A stretch of DNA of 64,000 nt from assembly GCA_964491115.1 (NCBI GenBank), contig CAZBEW010000003.1, forward strand, positions 23,026-87,025, in the 5' to 3' direction. Positions 28,133 to 38,900 of the stretch are shown here, piece after piece. The stretch's first letter is position 1. Every line of letters starts with the position of its first letter. The stretch comes from an uncultured Pseudomonadales bacterium (lineage in GTDB: Bacteria > Patescibacteriota > Microgenomatia > UBA1400 > PJMF01). The translations under genes and the position numbers were made by a program. The notes beneath the pieces are model-generated. The model searched no databases, was not told the origin of the DNA, and saw only the letters and a program-made list of their open reading frames with translations.

Positions 28133-28573
28133 ATGAAAAAAAATATCTTAATTTTACTCATAACAATTTTTTCTTTATTCCTAATTACAAACAAACCTGT
28201 TCTGGCCCAGAGCCCAGCGCCAATTGTGAGCGAAGATCCTTTTGGGGCTATCGAAGCTCCTCCGGGAGTGGACAAGTTTAATCAACAAGCTGGAGCAAGC
28301 GGCATTGGTCTTATTATTTTTTTCTCCAACTTAATTAAATTTCTCGCTGTTATTGCTGGTTTATGGACAATGTTAAACTTTATTTCTGCTGGTTTTACGT
28401 ATATCACCTCATCTGATTCAGGATCTATCAGTAAAATTGGTACAAAACTAACGCTAAGCGTAGTTGGCTTGGCCATAATTGTCGCTTCTTACACCATAGC
28501 AGCCGTTCTTGGATTAATACTCTTTGGAGATGCTACTTTTATTATCAATCCAAAAATACCAAGTCCTATTTAA
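28133..28573 (+). CDS. VirB2/TrbC-like pilin 2
   Basis: Signal peptide (VLAQ); AGFTYITS...LTLSVVGLAII hairpin. Confidence 0.75.
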   Translation: MKKNILILLITIFSLFLITNKPVLAQSPAPIVSEDPFGAIEAPPGVDKFNQQAGASGIGLIIFFSNLIKFLAVIAGLWTMLNFISAGFTYITSSDSGSISKIGTKLTLSVVGLAIIVASYTIAAVLGLILFGDATFIINPKIPSPI

Positions 28574-28592
28574 TTAATAATAATTAACAATT

Positions 28593-29030
28593 ATGACAAA
28601 AATCACCAAACTCATAGCTGACGTAGATATTGGCTCCATCCAACCTGTTACTGATGTGCGTCAACCCGCAAATTTGCAAGAAACCACAGTTTTATCTACT
28701 CTGGAAACCTGGATCAGCGACATTATTGGCGTGATCACCATTTTAGCCACCTTATTCTTTATTGTTTATGCCTTTGTAGCTGCCTTTAATTGGATTACAG
28801 CTGCGGGAGATAAAAGTAAAATTGAACAAGCTAGAAATCGTTTGGTAATGAGCACGCTTGGCTTAATTCTCATTGTCGCTACCCATGCGATTATTGGTTT
28901 AATCGGAGGCATCATTGGTTTAGAACTATTAAACCCAGGAAACATGATTCGACAAATTCTTCCAAACGCAGGTTCGCTAACACCAACCATAATGCCGCCA
29001 GTAATTACAATTTCGCCAGCTCCTTTTTAA
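28593..29030 (+). CDS. VirB2/TrbC-like pilin 3
   Basis: WITAAGDKSKIEQARN core. Confidence 0.8.
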   Translation: MTKITKLIADVDIGSIQPVTDVRQPANLQETTVLSTLETWISDIIGVITILATLFFIVYAFVAAFNWITAAGDKSKIEQARNRLVMSTLGLILIVATHAIIGLIGGIIGLELLNPGNMIRQILPNAGSLTPTIMPPVITISPAPF

Positions 29031-29039
29031 TAAAAAATT

Positions 29040-29474
29040 ATGAAAAAAAATAAACAATTAACCTTGAGCCAAAAACTAATTGCCAGCTTTAATTTGTTTC
29101 TAATTAGTTTTTTTTACAGCGCAAAATCCGTTTCTGCTCAAATTACTAATCCTGTGACAGGCAATTTGGGAGTTAGCGATCCAGACGCTCCAAGTGGTAG
29201 TAGATTTATTCAATATGTTGTTTATTTGTGGCGAGCTTCTGTTACCCTCGGCGCTTTAGCAGTCATCGTTTTTTTTCTACTAGGAGCTTTTACTTGGATT
29301 ACTGCTGGAGGAGATAAAAACAAAATTGAACAAGCCCGCAATCAAATTATGAACTCTATTGTTGGCTTGGTATTATTAGTTAGCTCTTTTGTTTTACTTA
29401 GTTTTCTAAGTAAATTATTATTTGCTGGAGAATTTGATATATTTCAATTAAGTCTTCCAGGAACAAACAATTAG
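29040..29474 (+). CDS. VirB2/TrbC-like pilin 4
   Basis: Signal peptide (VSAQ); WITAGGDKNKIEQARN core. Confidence 0.8.
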   Translation: MKKNKQLTLSQKLIASFNLFLISFFYSAKSVSAQITNPVTGNLGVSDPDAPSGSRFIQYVVYLWRASVTLGALAVIVFFLLGAFTWITAGGDKNKIEQARNQIMNSIVGLVLLVSSFVLLSFLSKLLFAGEFDIFQLSLPGTNN

Positions 29475-29492
29475 CGTTAAAAAGCAAAAAAT

Positions 29493-29852
29493 ATGAATAA
29501 ACTTATACTTACAGCACAAGCCAGTGAAGGAACCGTTCTAAATATAGCTGAAGAAGCTCAAAGACAAGGTCTACTCGGTGCCGAAAACGCCAATACTGAA
29601 GATGGGGGTTTTGGTCTTTGGCTCAGCAATCTTTTGAAAGTAGCCATGACTCTTGGGGCCGTGGTTTGTTTAGCCTTTATCATCTTGGGAGCGGTTCAAT
29701 GGATTACTTCAGGTGGCGATAAAAGCAAAATTGAAGAAGCACGTAATAAAATTACTAATGCTGTTATTGGTCTGATTGTTTTAGCAGCCACTATGGCTCT
29801 TTTTAATCTGGTGGCTAGTTTTCTTGGTATTGATGTAATAAGAATCATCTAG
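29493..29852 (+). CDS. VirB2/TrbC-like pilin 5
   Basis: WITSGGDKSKIEEARNKIT core. Confidence 0.8.
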   Translation: MNKLILTAQASEGTVLNIAEEAQRQGLLGAENANTEDGGFGLWLSNLLKVAMTLGAVVCLAFIILGAVQWITSGGDKSKIEEARNKITNAVIGLIVLAATMALFNLVASFLGIDVIRII

Positions 29853-29916
29853 ATTTTTTTGCTAAATACTAATAAACTTGATATAATAAAAGTAGAAAAG
29901 TATAAAAGGAGAAATT

Positions 29917-30321
29917 ATGAAATCTATAAAAAAAATTGCTTTAGGCTCCGCTAGCGCGTTGGGCAGCATGTTTTTAACAGCAAAAACTGTCTTGGCGGCA
30001 TCAATCTCAGATATTGAGGTCAGTCCAGGAACTGGTTATGCCACTGATTTTGGCAAGATGTTTAGCTCTGTCTTAAACATTGTGATGTTAATTGCTGCAG
30101 TTTTAGTATTTGCCTTCCTTATTTTCGGTGGTATTCAATGGATTACTTCCGGTGGTGATAAAAGCAAAGCTGAAGAGGCACGTAATAAAATTACATCAGC
30201 CGTTATTGGTTTAATCATTGTTGCTGCTTCTTACGCGGTAATTAACCTAGTGGTTAACTTCCTCGGATTTTCTGACTTCAACAGTGTTTTCAAAAACGTA
30301 ACCCCTATTAGCGGTAATTAA
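29917..30321 (+). CDS. VirB2/TrbC-like pilin 6 (probable major subunit)
   Basis: WITSGGDKSKAEEARNKIT core; own TGATATAAT promoter, strong AAGGAG SD and a downstream hairpin. Confidence 0.82.
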   Translation: MKSIKKIALGSASALGSMFLTAKTVLAASISDIEVSPGTGYATDFGKMFSSVLNIVMLIAAVLVFAFLIFGGIQWITSGGDKSKAEEARNKITSAVIGLIIVAASYAVINLVVNFLGFSDFNSVFKNVTPISGN

Positions 30322-30331
30322 ATAAATCACT

Positions 30332-30371
30332 ATCCCCTCTCTTTTCATGAAAACTTGGAATGAGAGGGGAT
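30332..30371 (+). terminator. Stem-loop after pilin 6
   Basis: 10-bp stem ATCCCCTCTC/GAGAGGGGAT followed by T-rich TATTGTT. Confidence 0.6.
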
Positions 30372-30390
30372 TATTGTTATAATTAATATC

Positions 30391-30801
30391 ATGAATAGAG
30401 CAATCTCCCTATTTCCCATTGTTAAACAGGTCCAGGCCCAGACTAAAGAGTGGCAAACTATTAGTGAATACTGTGTTATTAATGATGTCGCTACCGTCCA
30501 AGGTGTGGGTTGTTTATTAGCTAATGTTTTGTCAGTTGCCCTGCGCTTACTTGGAATTACCGGCTTTATCATGATTGTTTATGCAGCTTTTAACCTATTG
30601 ATGTCGGCAGGAAATAGTCAAAAAATGGAAGAATCAAAAAAGACCATCACTTTTGCAATTATTGGAATTATTTTAGCTTTATCAGCCTTTATTATTATTA
30701 ATTTAATTGCAAATTTCACTGGAGTTAGTCTGGTGAAGGAATTTACCATCCCCAGTTCAGAAAAAAATTGGGTTTCACCTACGCCCACTCCCATTCCCTA
30801 A
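30391..30801 (+). CDS. VirB2/TrbC-like pilin 7
   Basis: CVINDVATVQGVGC; SAGNSQKMEESKKTITFAIIG core. Confidence 0.78.
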   Translation: MNRAISLFPIVKQVQAQTKEWQTISEYCVINDVATVQGVGCLLANVLSVALRLLGITGFIMIVYAAFNLLMSAGNSQKMEESKKTITFAIIGIILALSAFIIINLIANFTGVSLVKEFTIPSSEKNWVSPTPTPIP

Positions 30802-30813
30802 AAATTTGAAATT

Positions 30814-31542
30814 TTATTGACCAAAGCGTCTTTGTCTTGAAGAATAGTCTGCGAGGGCTTTGGCAAATTGTTTTTCATCAAAATCTGGCATCAAAGTCGG
30901 GCAAAAATACAATTCGCTATAAACTGCTTGCCAAGGCAAATACCCAGACAAACGCTGCTCTCCACCCGGCCTAATTATTAGTTCTGGATCTGGTAATTTA
31001 ATGTCTTGCTGAGTATCTAAATATTTTTCTAGGAGCTCAACGCTTATTTGATGACTCTTTAAGTTTTTTTCTTCAGCAATTAAACGCTGAACCGCTCTAA
31101 TTATTTCGTCACGACCTCCGTAATTTAGTGCAAAAGTGACCACTAATTTGTGGTTATTTGCCGTTTCTTTTTTCCAATCTTCTACTCCACTTCTAATATC
31201 TTCAGGAAAATGACTTAAATCTCCAATGCTGTGCACCCTCACACCTTTTTTGTGCAAGCGTTCGGCTGCCGTCGCAAAAGTTTCACGAAATAGATTCATA
31301 ATTCCATCCACTTCTTCTTGATCACGCTGCCAATTTTCGGTACTAAAAGCCCAGAGCGTTAAAAATTTAATGCCAACTTGAATTGAGTAATCTGCTAAAC
31401 GCTCAATGGTTTCTTCTGCTGTTTTACGATGACCTTGTATAATCGCCAAGCCGCGTTTTTTTGCCCAGCGACGATTGCCATCCATGATAATTGCTACGTG
31501 TTGAGGGACTGCTACTTGCTGAGAAATTGTGCTTTTTTTCAT
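30814..31542 (-). CDS. uppS: Undecaprenyl diphosphate synthase
   Basis: HVAIIMDGNRRWA, AFSTENW, NYGGRDEI and EQRLSGY motifs. Confidence 0.96.
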   Translation of the reverse strand: MKKSTISQQVAVPQHVAIIMDGNRRWAKKRGLAIIQGHRKTAEETIERLADYSIQVGIKFLTLWAFSTENWQRDQEEVDGIMNLFRETFATAAERLHKKGVRVHSIGDLSHFPEDIRSGVEDWKKETANNHKLVVTFALNYGGRDEIIRAVQRLIAEEKNLKSHQISVELLEKYLDTQQDIKLPDPELIIRPGGEQRLSGYLPWQAVYSELYFCPTLMPDFDEKQFAKALADYSSRQRRFGQ

Positions 31543-31546
31543 AATT

Positions 31547-32182
31547 TTAATTAGTTAAATTACTCGATTCTTCTAAAAATTGTTCAATAGCTTGAATAAT
31601 TTTGGGCTCCTGTAAAAACAGTTTAAACCAGGGCGTCAATATTAAACCAGGAATTTGCTGATTTTCTTTTAATTCTGACCAACTAAGCCAACGCACTTCA
31701 CTCACTTCTGCTGGATTCAATCCTATTGTTAAATCTTTAAGTCCTGACTCAGCAACTTGTTGCTCATCTAAAAAGAGAGCAAAAATATGATCTATTTCTC
31801 GCTCACTGTACTGATGATTACAAGCAACATGATACTTAAATACAAATATTTCTTTTAACTGTCGCTGAATATTTTTGGGGAAATTAATCCCCAACTCTTG
31901 ACGCAAGCGTCTCCATAAGCATTGTTGATGAGTCTCACCCTCAGCCACATTGCCACAGACTGTATTAGCCCATTGCTCTGCACCAACTATTTTTTGTTGA
32001 CTGCGCTTTTGCATTAACAATTCAACATCACCCTGTTGATTTTTTCTGAATAAAAATAAAGAAATTGCTTGATGAAGCAATGCTTCTCCCAAGTGAGCCT
32101 CATACTTGTCGGCACTAGCAATAATTTCATCATTGTCATTAACCAAATTCACTCGATCATAATTCACTGCGTTCTTTGTCAT
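31547..32182 (-). CDS. idi: Type 1 isopentenyl-diphosphate delta-isomerase
   Basis: K..AH....LHQAISLF, WANTVCG, RRLRQELG, EREID and LTPWF motifs. Confidence 0.88.
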   Translation of the reverse strand: MTKNAVNYDRVNLVNDNDEIIASADKYEAHLGEALLHQAISLFLFRKNQQGDVELLMQKRSQQKIVGAEQWANTVCGNVAEGETHQQCLWRRLRQELGINFPKNIQRQLKEIFVFKYHVACNHQYSEREIDHIFALFLDEQQVAESGLKDLTIGLNPAEVSEVRWLSWSELKENQQIPGLILTPWFKLFLQEPKIIQAIEQFLEESSNLTN

Positions 32183-32260
32183 CTTTAGTATTTTAACAGA
32201 CAACAAGCAAAAACTGCTCTGCTAGAGTCGAACCAGCTTCGATGCTATAATTAAAGGTTC

Positions 32261-34588
32261 ATGGATAAACACTACCAAGCACAAGAAAATGAGCAAGAAA
32301 TCTATCAGCTTTGGCAAAAAGCTGATGCTTTTAATCCAGATAGCGAAGTTAATCAAAAGTTAAAAAACAATGATTTACCAAGCTTTTCTATTATAATGCC
32401 TCCGCCAAATGCTAATGATCCCCTACATCTTGGTCATGCTTGTTTTATTACCCTAGAAGATATTTTAATTCGTCACGCGCGAATGAAAGGCCACGACACT
32501 CTCTGGCTGCCTGGAGCAGATCACGCCGGAATCGAAACTCAATTTGTCTTTGAAAAAAAACTCAAAAAAGAAGGAAAAAGTCGTTTTCAATTTGATCGGC
32601 AAGATTTATATCAAATGATCTGGGATTACGTGGCAGAAAATAGTCAAACTGCCATTCAGCAAAGCAAACAGCTTGGTGCTAGTGCCGACTGGAGTCGTTT
32701 CAAATTTACCCTAGATGAAGATATCGTCAACAGCGTTTTAACTAATTTTGCAAAAATGATTAATGATGGATTGATTTATCGCGCTAATCGCTTGGTAAAT
32801 TATTGTCCAAAATGTGGCACTAGTTTTAGTAATCTAGAAGTCGATCATCAAGAAGAACGAGGCGCTCTTTATTATTTAAAATATGGGCCAATTACTATTG
32901 CTACCACTAGACCTGAAACTATTTTCGCTGATGTGGCTATTGCCGTTCACCCTCAGGATAAAAGATATCAAAAATATCACGGTCAAATTATTGAATATCA
33001 AGGCTTGCTAGGTTTGGTTAAACTTAAAGTTATCGCTGATGACTTTGTTGATCCAGAGTTTGGTACTGGCGCAGTCAAAATCACCCCTTTTCATGATTTT
33101 AATGATTTTGCTTTTTGGCAGAGACATCAAGCAGAACTAGAATCAGCTGTGGCAAAAAATGGGCTGGGTTATGTGGACTTGAAAGAACTACTGATTAAAG
33201 AAAAAGAACTGAGCGAAGAAGAAATAAAATCACCAGCAATTGCTGTAGATTTTAGCGGTAAATTAACCAAATTTACTGGCAAATATGCTGGAACAAAAGC
33301 TCTAATTGCCAGAGAAGCAATCGTCAAAGATTTGCAAGAAAGCAATCTCATCGAAAAAATTGATAATAATTACCTGCACGCCGTCACCAAGTGCTATCGC
33401 TGTAATAGCAACATCGAACCTCTAGCTCTTCCCCAGTTTTACGTCAAAGTTGCTCCACTCACTCAGGCAGTTTTAGAAAAAATCGACAATAAAACATTAA
33501 CTATTCATGGTGCTGGTTACGACAAAATCCTCAAGCATTGGTTAAAAAATTTAGAAGACTGGAATATTAGTCGGCAAATTGTTTGGGGTATTCGTTTGCC
33601 TATCTGGTATGACATTGAGCAAAATCCTAACTTAAGAATTAGCTTTATAGATAAAAATCAAGAAAGGGTGACCGGACTAATTGCCGAGCTAATAAAAAAA
33701 CACAGCTTTCAAGAAATCGAGTCTGGCCTACAAAGCTTAAGCGCCCCAATTAATGCCCAGTTTATCGTGAATAAAAATAAACCAGATGAAAACGGGCAGT
33801 TTTTACAAGAAACCGACACTTTTGATACTTGGTTTTCTTCAAGTCAGTGGCCAGTTATTACTCTACAAAATAATCAAAAAAGTGACTTTGAGCGCTTCTA
33901 CCCCACCACCGTTATGGAAACTGCCTACGACATTCTAGTTTTTTGGGTGATGCGCATGCTGATGATGGGTCTCTATCTCACTAAAGAATTGCCTTTTAAG
34001 AAAATTTACTTGCACGGGCTCATTAGAGATGCTAAAGGTCAAAAAATGAGCAAGAGCAAGGGAAATGTGGTTAATCCACTAGAAATAGGCGAAAAATACG
34101 GCACTGACGCGCTTAGAATGGCCATCGTCATTCGATCTACTGCTGGTTTAGACAAAAGTATTAGCGAAGCAGATTTTAAGGCTATGCGCAACCTTAATAA
34201 CAAGCTCTGGAACGCTGCTCGTTTTATTCTGTTGCAAATAAAGCAAGATTCCAAAGCCAAGACAGAAGAAAAAAAATTAGACGAGCAATTTACTAAAAAA
34301 TTGCAAGAAATTGTGGCAAGCGTTAGTCGCAATCTTGACCAACTACAAATTGGTTTAGCAGCAGATACTTTACACAATGAATTTTGGCACTGGTTTTGCG
34401 ATCAATGTATAGAAGAATCAAAAAAAGACTTGATAAGTCAAGAAAAATTGCTTGAGGGTTTAATAGTTTTTTTGAAATTATTTCACCCTTTTATTCCCTT
34501 TGTTACAGAAAAAATTTGGCAAATTCTAGTTACTGAACAGCTAGTCGATGAGCCTATGCTTATGACTAGCCCCTGGCCCAGATGTTAA
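32261..34588 (+). CDS. valS: Valine--tRNA ligase (lacks the C-terminal coiled-coil arm)
   Basis: PPPN...HLGHA, DHAGIETQ, DWNISRQIVWG, DTWFSS and KMSKS motifs. Confidence 0.96.
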   Translation: MDKHYQAQENEQEIYQLWQKADAFNPDSEVNQKLKNNDLPSFSIIMPPPNANDPLHLGHACFITLEDILIRHARMKGHDTLWLPGADHAGIETQFVFEKKLKKEGKSRFQFDRQDLYQMIWDYVAENSQTAIQQSKQLGASADWSRFKFTLDEDIVNSVLTNFAKMINDGLIYRANRLVNYCPKCGTSFSNLEVDHQEERGALYYLKYGPITIATTRPETIFADVAIAVHPQDKRYQKYHGQIIEYQGLLGLVKLKVIADDFVDPEFGTGAVKITPFHDFNDFAFWQRHQAELESAVAKNGLGYVDLKELLIKEKELSEEEIKSPAIAVDFSGKLTKFTGKYAGTKALIAREAIVKDLQESNLIEKIDNNYLHAVTKCYRCNSNIEPLALPQFYVKVAPLTQAVLEKIDNKTLTIHGAGYDKILKHWLKNLEDWNISRQIVWGIRLPIWYDIEQNPNLRISFIDKNQERVTGLIAELIKKHSFQEIESGLQSLSAPINAQFIVNKNKPDENGQFLQETDTFDTWFSSSQWPVITLQNNQKSDFERFYPTTVMETAYDILVFWVMRMLMMGLYLTKELPFKKIYLHGLIRDAKGQKMSKSKGNVVNPLEIGEKYGTDALRMAIVIRSTAGLDKSISEADFKAMRNLNNKLWNAARFILLQIKQDSKAKTEEKKLDEQFTKKLQEIVASVSRNLDQLQIGLAADTLHNEFWHWFCDQCIEESKKDLISQEKLLEGLIVFLKLFHPFIPFVTEKIWQILVTEQLVDEPMLMTSPWPRC

Positions 34589-35007
34589 AAAAAATCAAAA
34601 ATTTTATTTTACTGGCTATATTCATTATCCGCCTGTTAACCAGCCTGCTTGTTTTTGGCACTCAGTTTCTCTTGCTAAAATTAAACAAAAAGAGAGCTTT
34701 AACTCCCCTATTGTTACTTGTTTTTTTAATTATTTGTCTAATTAATTGGCAATTGTGGCAAAAGAAGAAAAACCCGATAATTCAACTAAAACCCGCTCTT
34801 AGCCAAAATTCTGGTGAAATTTTGTTTGCGCTGGATCAGCAGGAAATGCAAAGTTTAAAAAACTTTTACTATAATTTAGAAAATAGACAAAAAAACAATC
34901 GAGATGTCTTATTTAATTTAGGTAAATTGCTAGAATTAGACGATCAAGATCTGGCTGAAGAAAAATTTAGACAGTCTTGGGAACTCGATCCAAATTATTT
35001 AAGGTAA
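34582..35007 (+). CDS. Membrane protein with a C-terminal TPR-like helix pair
   Basis: Two TM segments; FNLG...AEEKFRQSWELDPN. Confidence 0.6.
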   Translation: MLKKIKNFILLAIFIIRLLTSLLVFGTQFLLLKLNKKRALTPLLLLVFLIICLINWQLWQKKKNPIIQLKPALSQNSGEILFALDQQEMQSLKNFYYNLENRQKNNRDVLFNLGKLLELDDQDLAEEKFRQSWELDPNYLR

Positions 35008-35061
35008 ACTTTAGCTGTCAACTCACACTGGCAAACCATTAAATGTCGACGCTGATTTTCT

Positions 35062-35757
35062 TTAATCCTCGCTCTTTTCTGACCCTGATCCCTGATTAGC
35101 CTCGGCTTTTTCAGCTTCAGCTTTTTCTGAACGTTCTGCTTCGCCAATTACTTCTGGTTCTACCAATTCTTCGCTAACTTCTTCCACCTCTTCTTCTGCT
35201 TGGGCCTGGACAGACACCAATACCCGCTCGCTGGGATCTTCATCTTCTGCTAAAACCAATTGAATTTTTTCTTTGTCATAGATTAAATCAGCCAATGAAA
35301 AACTGTCGCCAATGGCTTTTAGATTACTAGCATCAAAAACAAATTTCTCTGGAAAATCGGTTGGTAAAGCTTCGATTTCCACTTCATCTTGAACCGTGAT
35401 TAACACTGCATCTACAACATCGAATTCGCCAACAACTTCTACTGGAATCTTGGCAGTGATTTTTTCTTTTAAGTCAACGCCACGAAAAACCACGTGTTCA
35501 AAGTTGCTACCTAAATAATCTTTAGTTACTTGATCAATAAGCGCTGGAATGGCCTTGCTTTCTCCCTCAATGTTTAAATAGACAAGTCCAGTCTCCCCAA
35601 CTTCTTGATAAAGCTTAGTAAAAGCGACTGGATTGATTTCCAAAGCAATCGAATCCTTTTTTGGAATATAAACGTTAGCTGGCAAAAGACCAAGTCGACG
35701 TAGTTGCTTGGCTTTTTTAGCCGAGCGTTTGTTTGCATTAAATTTAGTTTGTGTCAT
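35062..35757 (-). CDS. rplY: 50S ribosomal protein bL25 (CTC-type long form)
   Basis: KQLRRLGLLPANVY, HVVF and EALPTDFP motifs; acidic tail. Confidence 0.92.
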   Translation of the reverse strand: MTQTKFNANKRSAKKAKQLRRLGLLPANVYIPKKDSIALEINPVAFTKLYQEVGETGLVYLNIEGESKAIPALIDQVTKDYLGSNFEHVVFRGVDLKEKITAKIPVEVVGEFDVVDAVLITVQDEVEIEALPTDFPEKFVFDASNLKAIGDSFSLADLIYDKEKIQLVLAEDEDPSERVLVSVQAQAEEEVEEVSEELVEPEVIGEAERSEKAEAEKAEANQGSGSEKSED

Positions 35758-35969
35758 AAGCAGATTTCCTATTTTTCTCGAAAGTTTCCTTTGACAGGGT
35801 AAACGGTTTACTATTCTACCACATAGCTCGCAAAATCTCTCAAATGATTTACCCGAAATTCAGCGAATGAAATAGATCAATTAAATCCGACTTTTCTTAA
35901 AAAAAATAAGGCAATAAAGCGCCATAGATCGTTGTATTTAGATAAAAAAGGCCATTTTATCACGTGAAA

Positions 35970-38900
35970 TTAAAAAGCGACGGCAAAGAGAAAATTGTCC
36001 TGATTATTATTTACAAAGTTAATTTCTTTATTTTCATATGTTGCTTGAGGCGCAATCAACTTAGCTTGAAAACTTTCCGCAAACAAAACTCTATAGTTAC
36101 TTGTTTTGTTAAAGATGCCCGCTTGTTTTTGGTCTAAAAACACATAGGAAAATGGCACTTTTAACTGATGTGGTATTAAATAAATTAACTCTAGTTCTCC
36201 AGTCGAAAGAATTGGCACTGTAAACTTATGAGAGAGCACCAACCTGTTGCTTTCCTCAAATAAATTGTAGTCACCAGAGGGGAGCGCTATTCCATTAAAA
36301 CTAATTTTTTCCAACTGAGCGCTTTTTGGTAAATAAAATTTTAAATAACTTTGATAATTTCCCTCAGGCCAGTAGTTTTGCCGACTCAAATTATTAAATT
36401 TAATCACCCGCTTGTGTCTAATAAATTTATCACTTATCCCAACGCTGTGATTAATTTCTTGAGTAATTAGACGATTAACCTTATTCAAACCAACATTATT
36501 TTCCAACTGATAAATTCCATCGGTAAAACACTGCTCAGAGTTATTGCTAAAGTCGCTTGGGCAAGGCGTGTCCAGAATGCCACCAGACCATAGGTTTTTT
36601 TGTAAAATGTTTGCCAACTGTTCGTCTCTACTAGTCATAAAAGTTTCTCGAGTTTCTAGGGTTGAAATAAATTCTGCGAATACTTGCTCGAACTCAGTGG
36701 CTGACATAGCTAACAGTCGATTGGCTATCTCCTTACTTAGCTCGCTAAAATCAAAATTCTCTTGTCTCAACAATTCTTCAAAAAAGTTGTTTTCGTTTAC
36801 AGAAACATTATTTATTGTAATGGGGTAGAGGGGCTCAGCAATCTCGGCCAAATTCTTACTGTTTATACCGATAATTAAATCAGGAGTTAAACTCAAACTT
36901 TGCTCGATAAACCAAGCTATATCTGTTCCAGCATCAACAAAATTAACCGGCCAATTAGCATCTCTCAATTGTAGTTTTTCTGCAAGCAACAATTGCTTAA
37001 TTTCATCATTAGCAATTCGATCGCCATAAATTCTTTGGTCAAGAGTTGGCACATCATAAACTTGCCAATTCAACAAACGACTATTTTCAAAACTTAAAGT
37101 AATTACTGAAACTAAAAAACCACCGCCAGAGCGCAACTCATTGCTGTCTTGAACCAGTAACACAATGTTACTGCGCGCCGGACTAAGAATGAGCTGACTT
37201 AAAGCCTCTAAAAATACATGTACTCGCTGCTGAATTTTTATTTGTTTAAGCAACTGTGTTTGATAATTTGAGATTATTTTAGCCCTGTTTTCAGACAAAA
37301 TATCTAAATTAAGTTGCTCCAGCTGGTTATATAACACTTGTTGCTGTTGAGAGTGCTCCTTGCTTTTATTTAAGAAAATTGACCAGAATTCTTCTGGGTC
37401 GCCATTAGTTGTTAAAACTTCTTGATATAAGTTATATGAATCAGTCCTTAAATCTTTGGCAAGTTTTTGTTCTTGAGATATTTCATTAAAAATTTGCCAA
37501 TAATTTAGTGGAGTAGAGAGGATGTCACGACCAAGAATTTTTTGATAATTGTCTAATTGCCATTTAAAAAAACCAGTTTTTCTCTGGCTCACGTCAAAAC
37601 TCTGCTCAAAAGATTGAGTTTCTTGTTTTTCCATAAACGACAGTAAATTATTTTCAAAGCTTTTTTGTGATAAATAAAAAGTTGCAAATAAAATTAGGGT
37701 TAAGCTGCCGCAAGTTGCCAAAAATATTCCAATGTAAAAAGATAGGCGACGAAATTTACTTTTTTTAACAATTTTATGCGCGCCTTTCAGATTTTTGTTA
37801 AAACGATCGTCTTGTCGCTCTCTTTGTTCACTGCGAAAAATATCTTGTAGTTTTTTATCAATATTAACTGATTTATCAATCTTTTTTTTAATTACTTTGT
37901 TTTCATTGCTTTTAACAATAGGCTTTTCTTCTACAAAATTATTAGTTTTTGACAAGTTTTTTTTCTCTTCCGCCTTATTGCTAGGCGGGGGAACTGCTTC
38001 CTCACCTAAGGGAGCTGTTTCCTCATCTAACTGTGTTTTTTCCTCACTCACTTGTATTTTTATTTTGTCTTTTGCGGGCTCTGGCTCGCTCACTTTCGGC
38101 GTTTTAACTTCTTCCTGGCTAGTTCTTTGTGCGGGACTGTTGTCGGTAGTTTTTTGAGCCTGAATTGTCAGCAAATCCTGAGAAAGATGTTTTAACTCTG
38201 TGTTTAGAGATACGGGTAAACGACGAATTTTTTGATCTAGGATTCTATTGACAGATTCATTAGGGTAATAGGTTTTAATAAAATTGGCTAAAAGAGCCTC
38301 ATTTTCTTGTTTTTTTACAAAAAGTTGGGCAATGCTAAATTTTTCAAGAAAATAACGATCGCAAAGATCACGCGCCTTTTCTAAAAAATTCGCCGCTGTT
38401 TCTTTCTGACCCCTTAACAACAACCTTCCTCCAGGTTTAGCTTGAAAAAATATTTTCTCAAAATGTTTTAAAAAACCCTCTTTGCTTTGCCAACAACACT
38501 GATCCTGACTGTTTAAGAGTAAGTGTTGATCAAAAAGGGAAAAATATAAATTAAACTTCGGGCTAAAATCAAACTCTAGATCAACATAGTCTTCCAGCAA
38601 ACAGAATTGCGCTAAAGGAAAACTTTTTAAAGCCTTGTTTAAAAAGCTATTTTGCCTAGTCCAAAATAATTTAAAACTGTCCAGCCTCAAGTCAATAGCA
38701 TCAATCGGGCTCGAATAATTAATCAAGAAAGATGTTGGCAGAGCCTGACTTTCTTGAACAAAACTTTCTTCAATCGCTTGAACCACCCTCAATAAAAAAT
38801 CGGGATTTTCTGCAAAATTAGGCTTAAAACCTGTGACAACTAGCAATTTATAAACCGCTATTTGTCTTATTGCTTGGTATTCGGCCAGCGCTTGTTCTGG

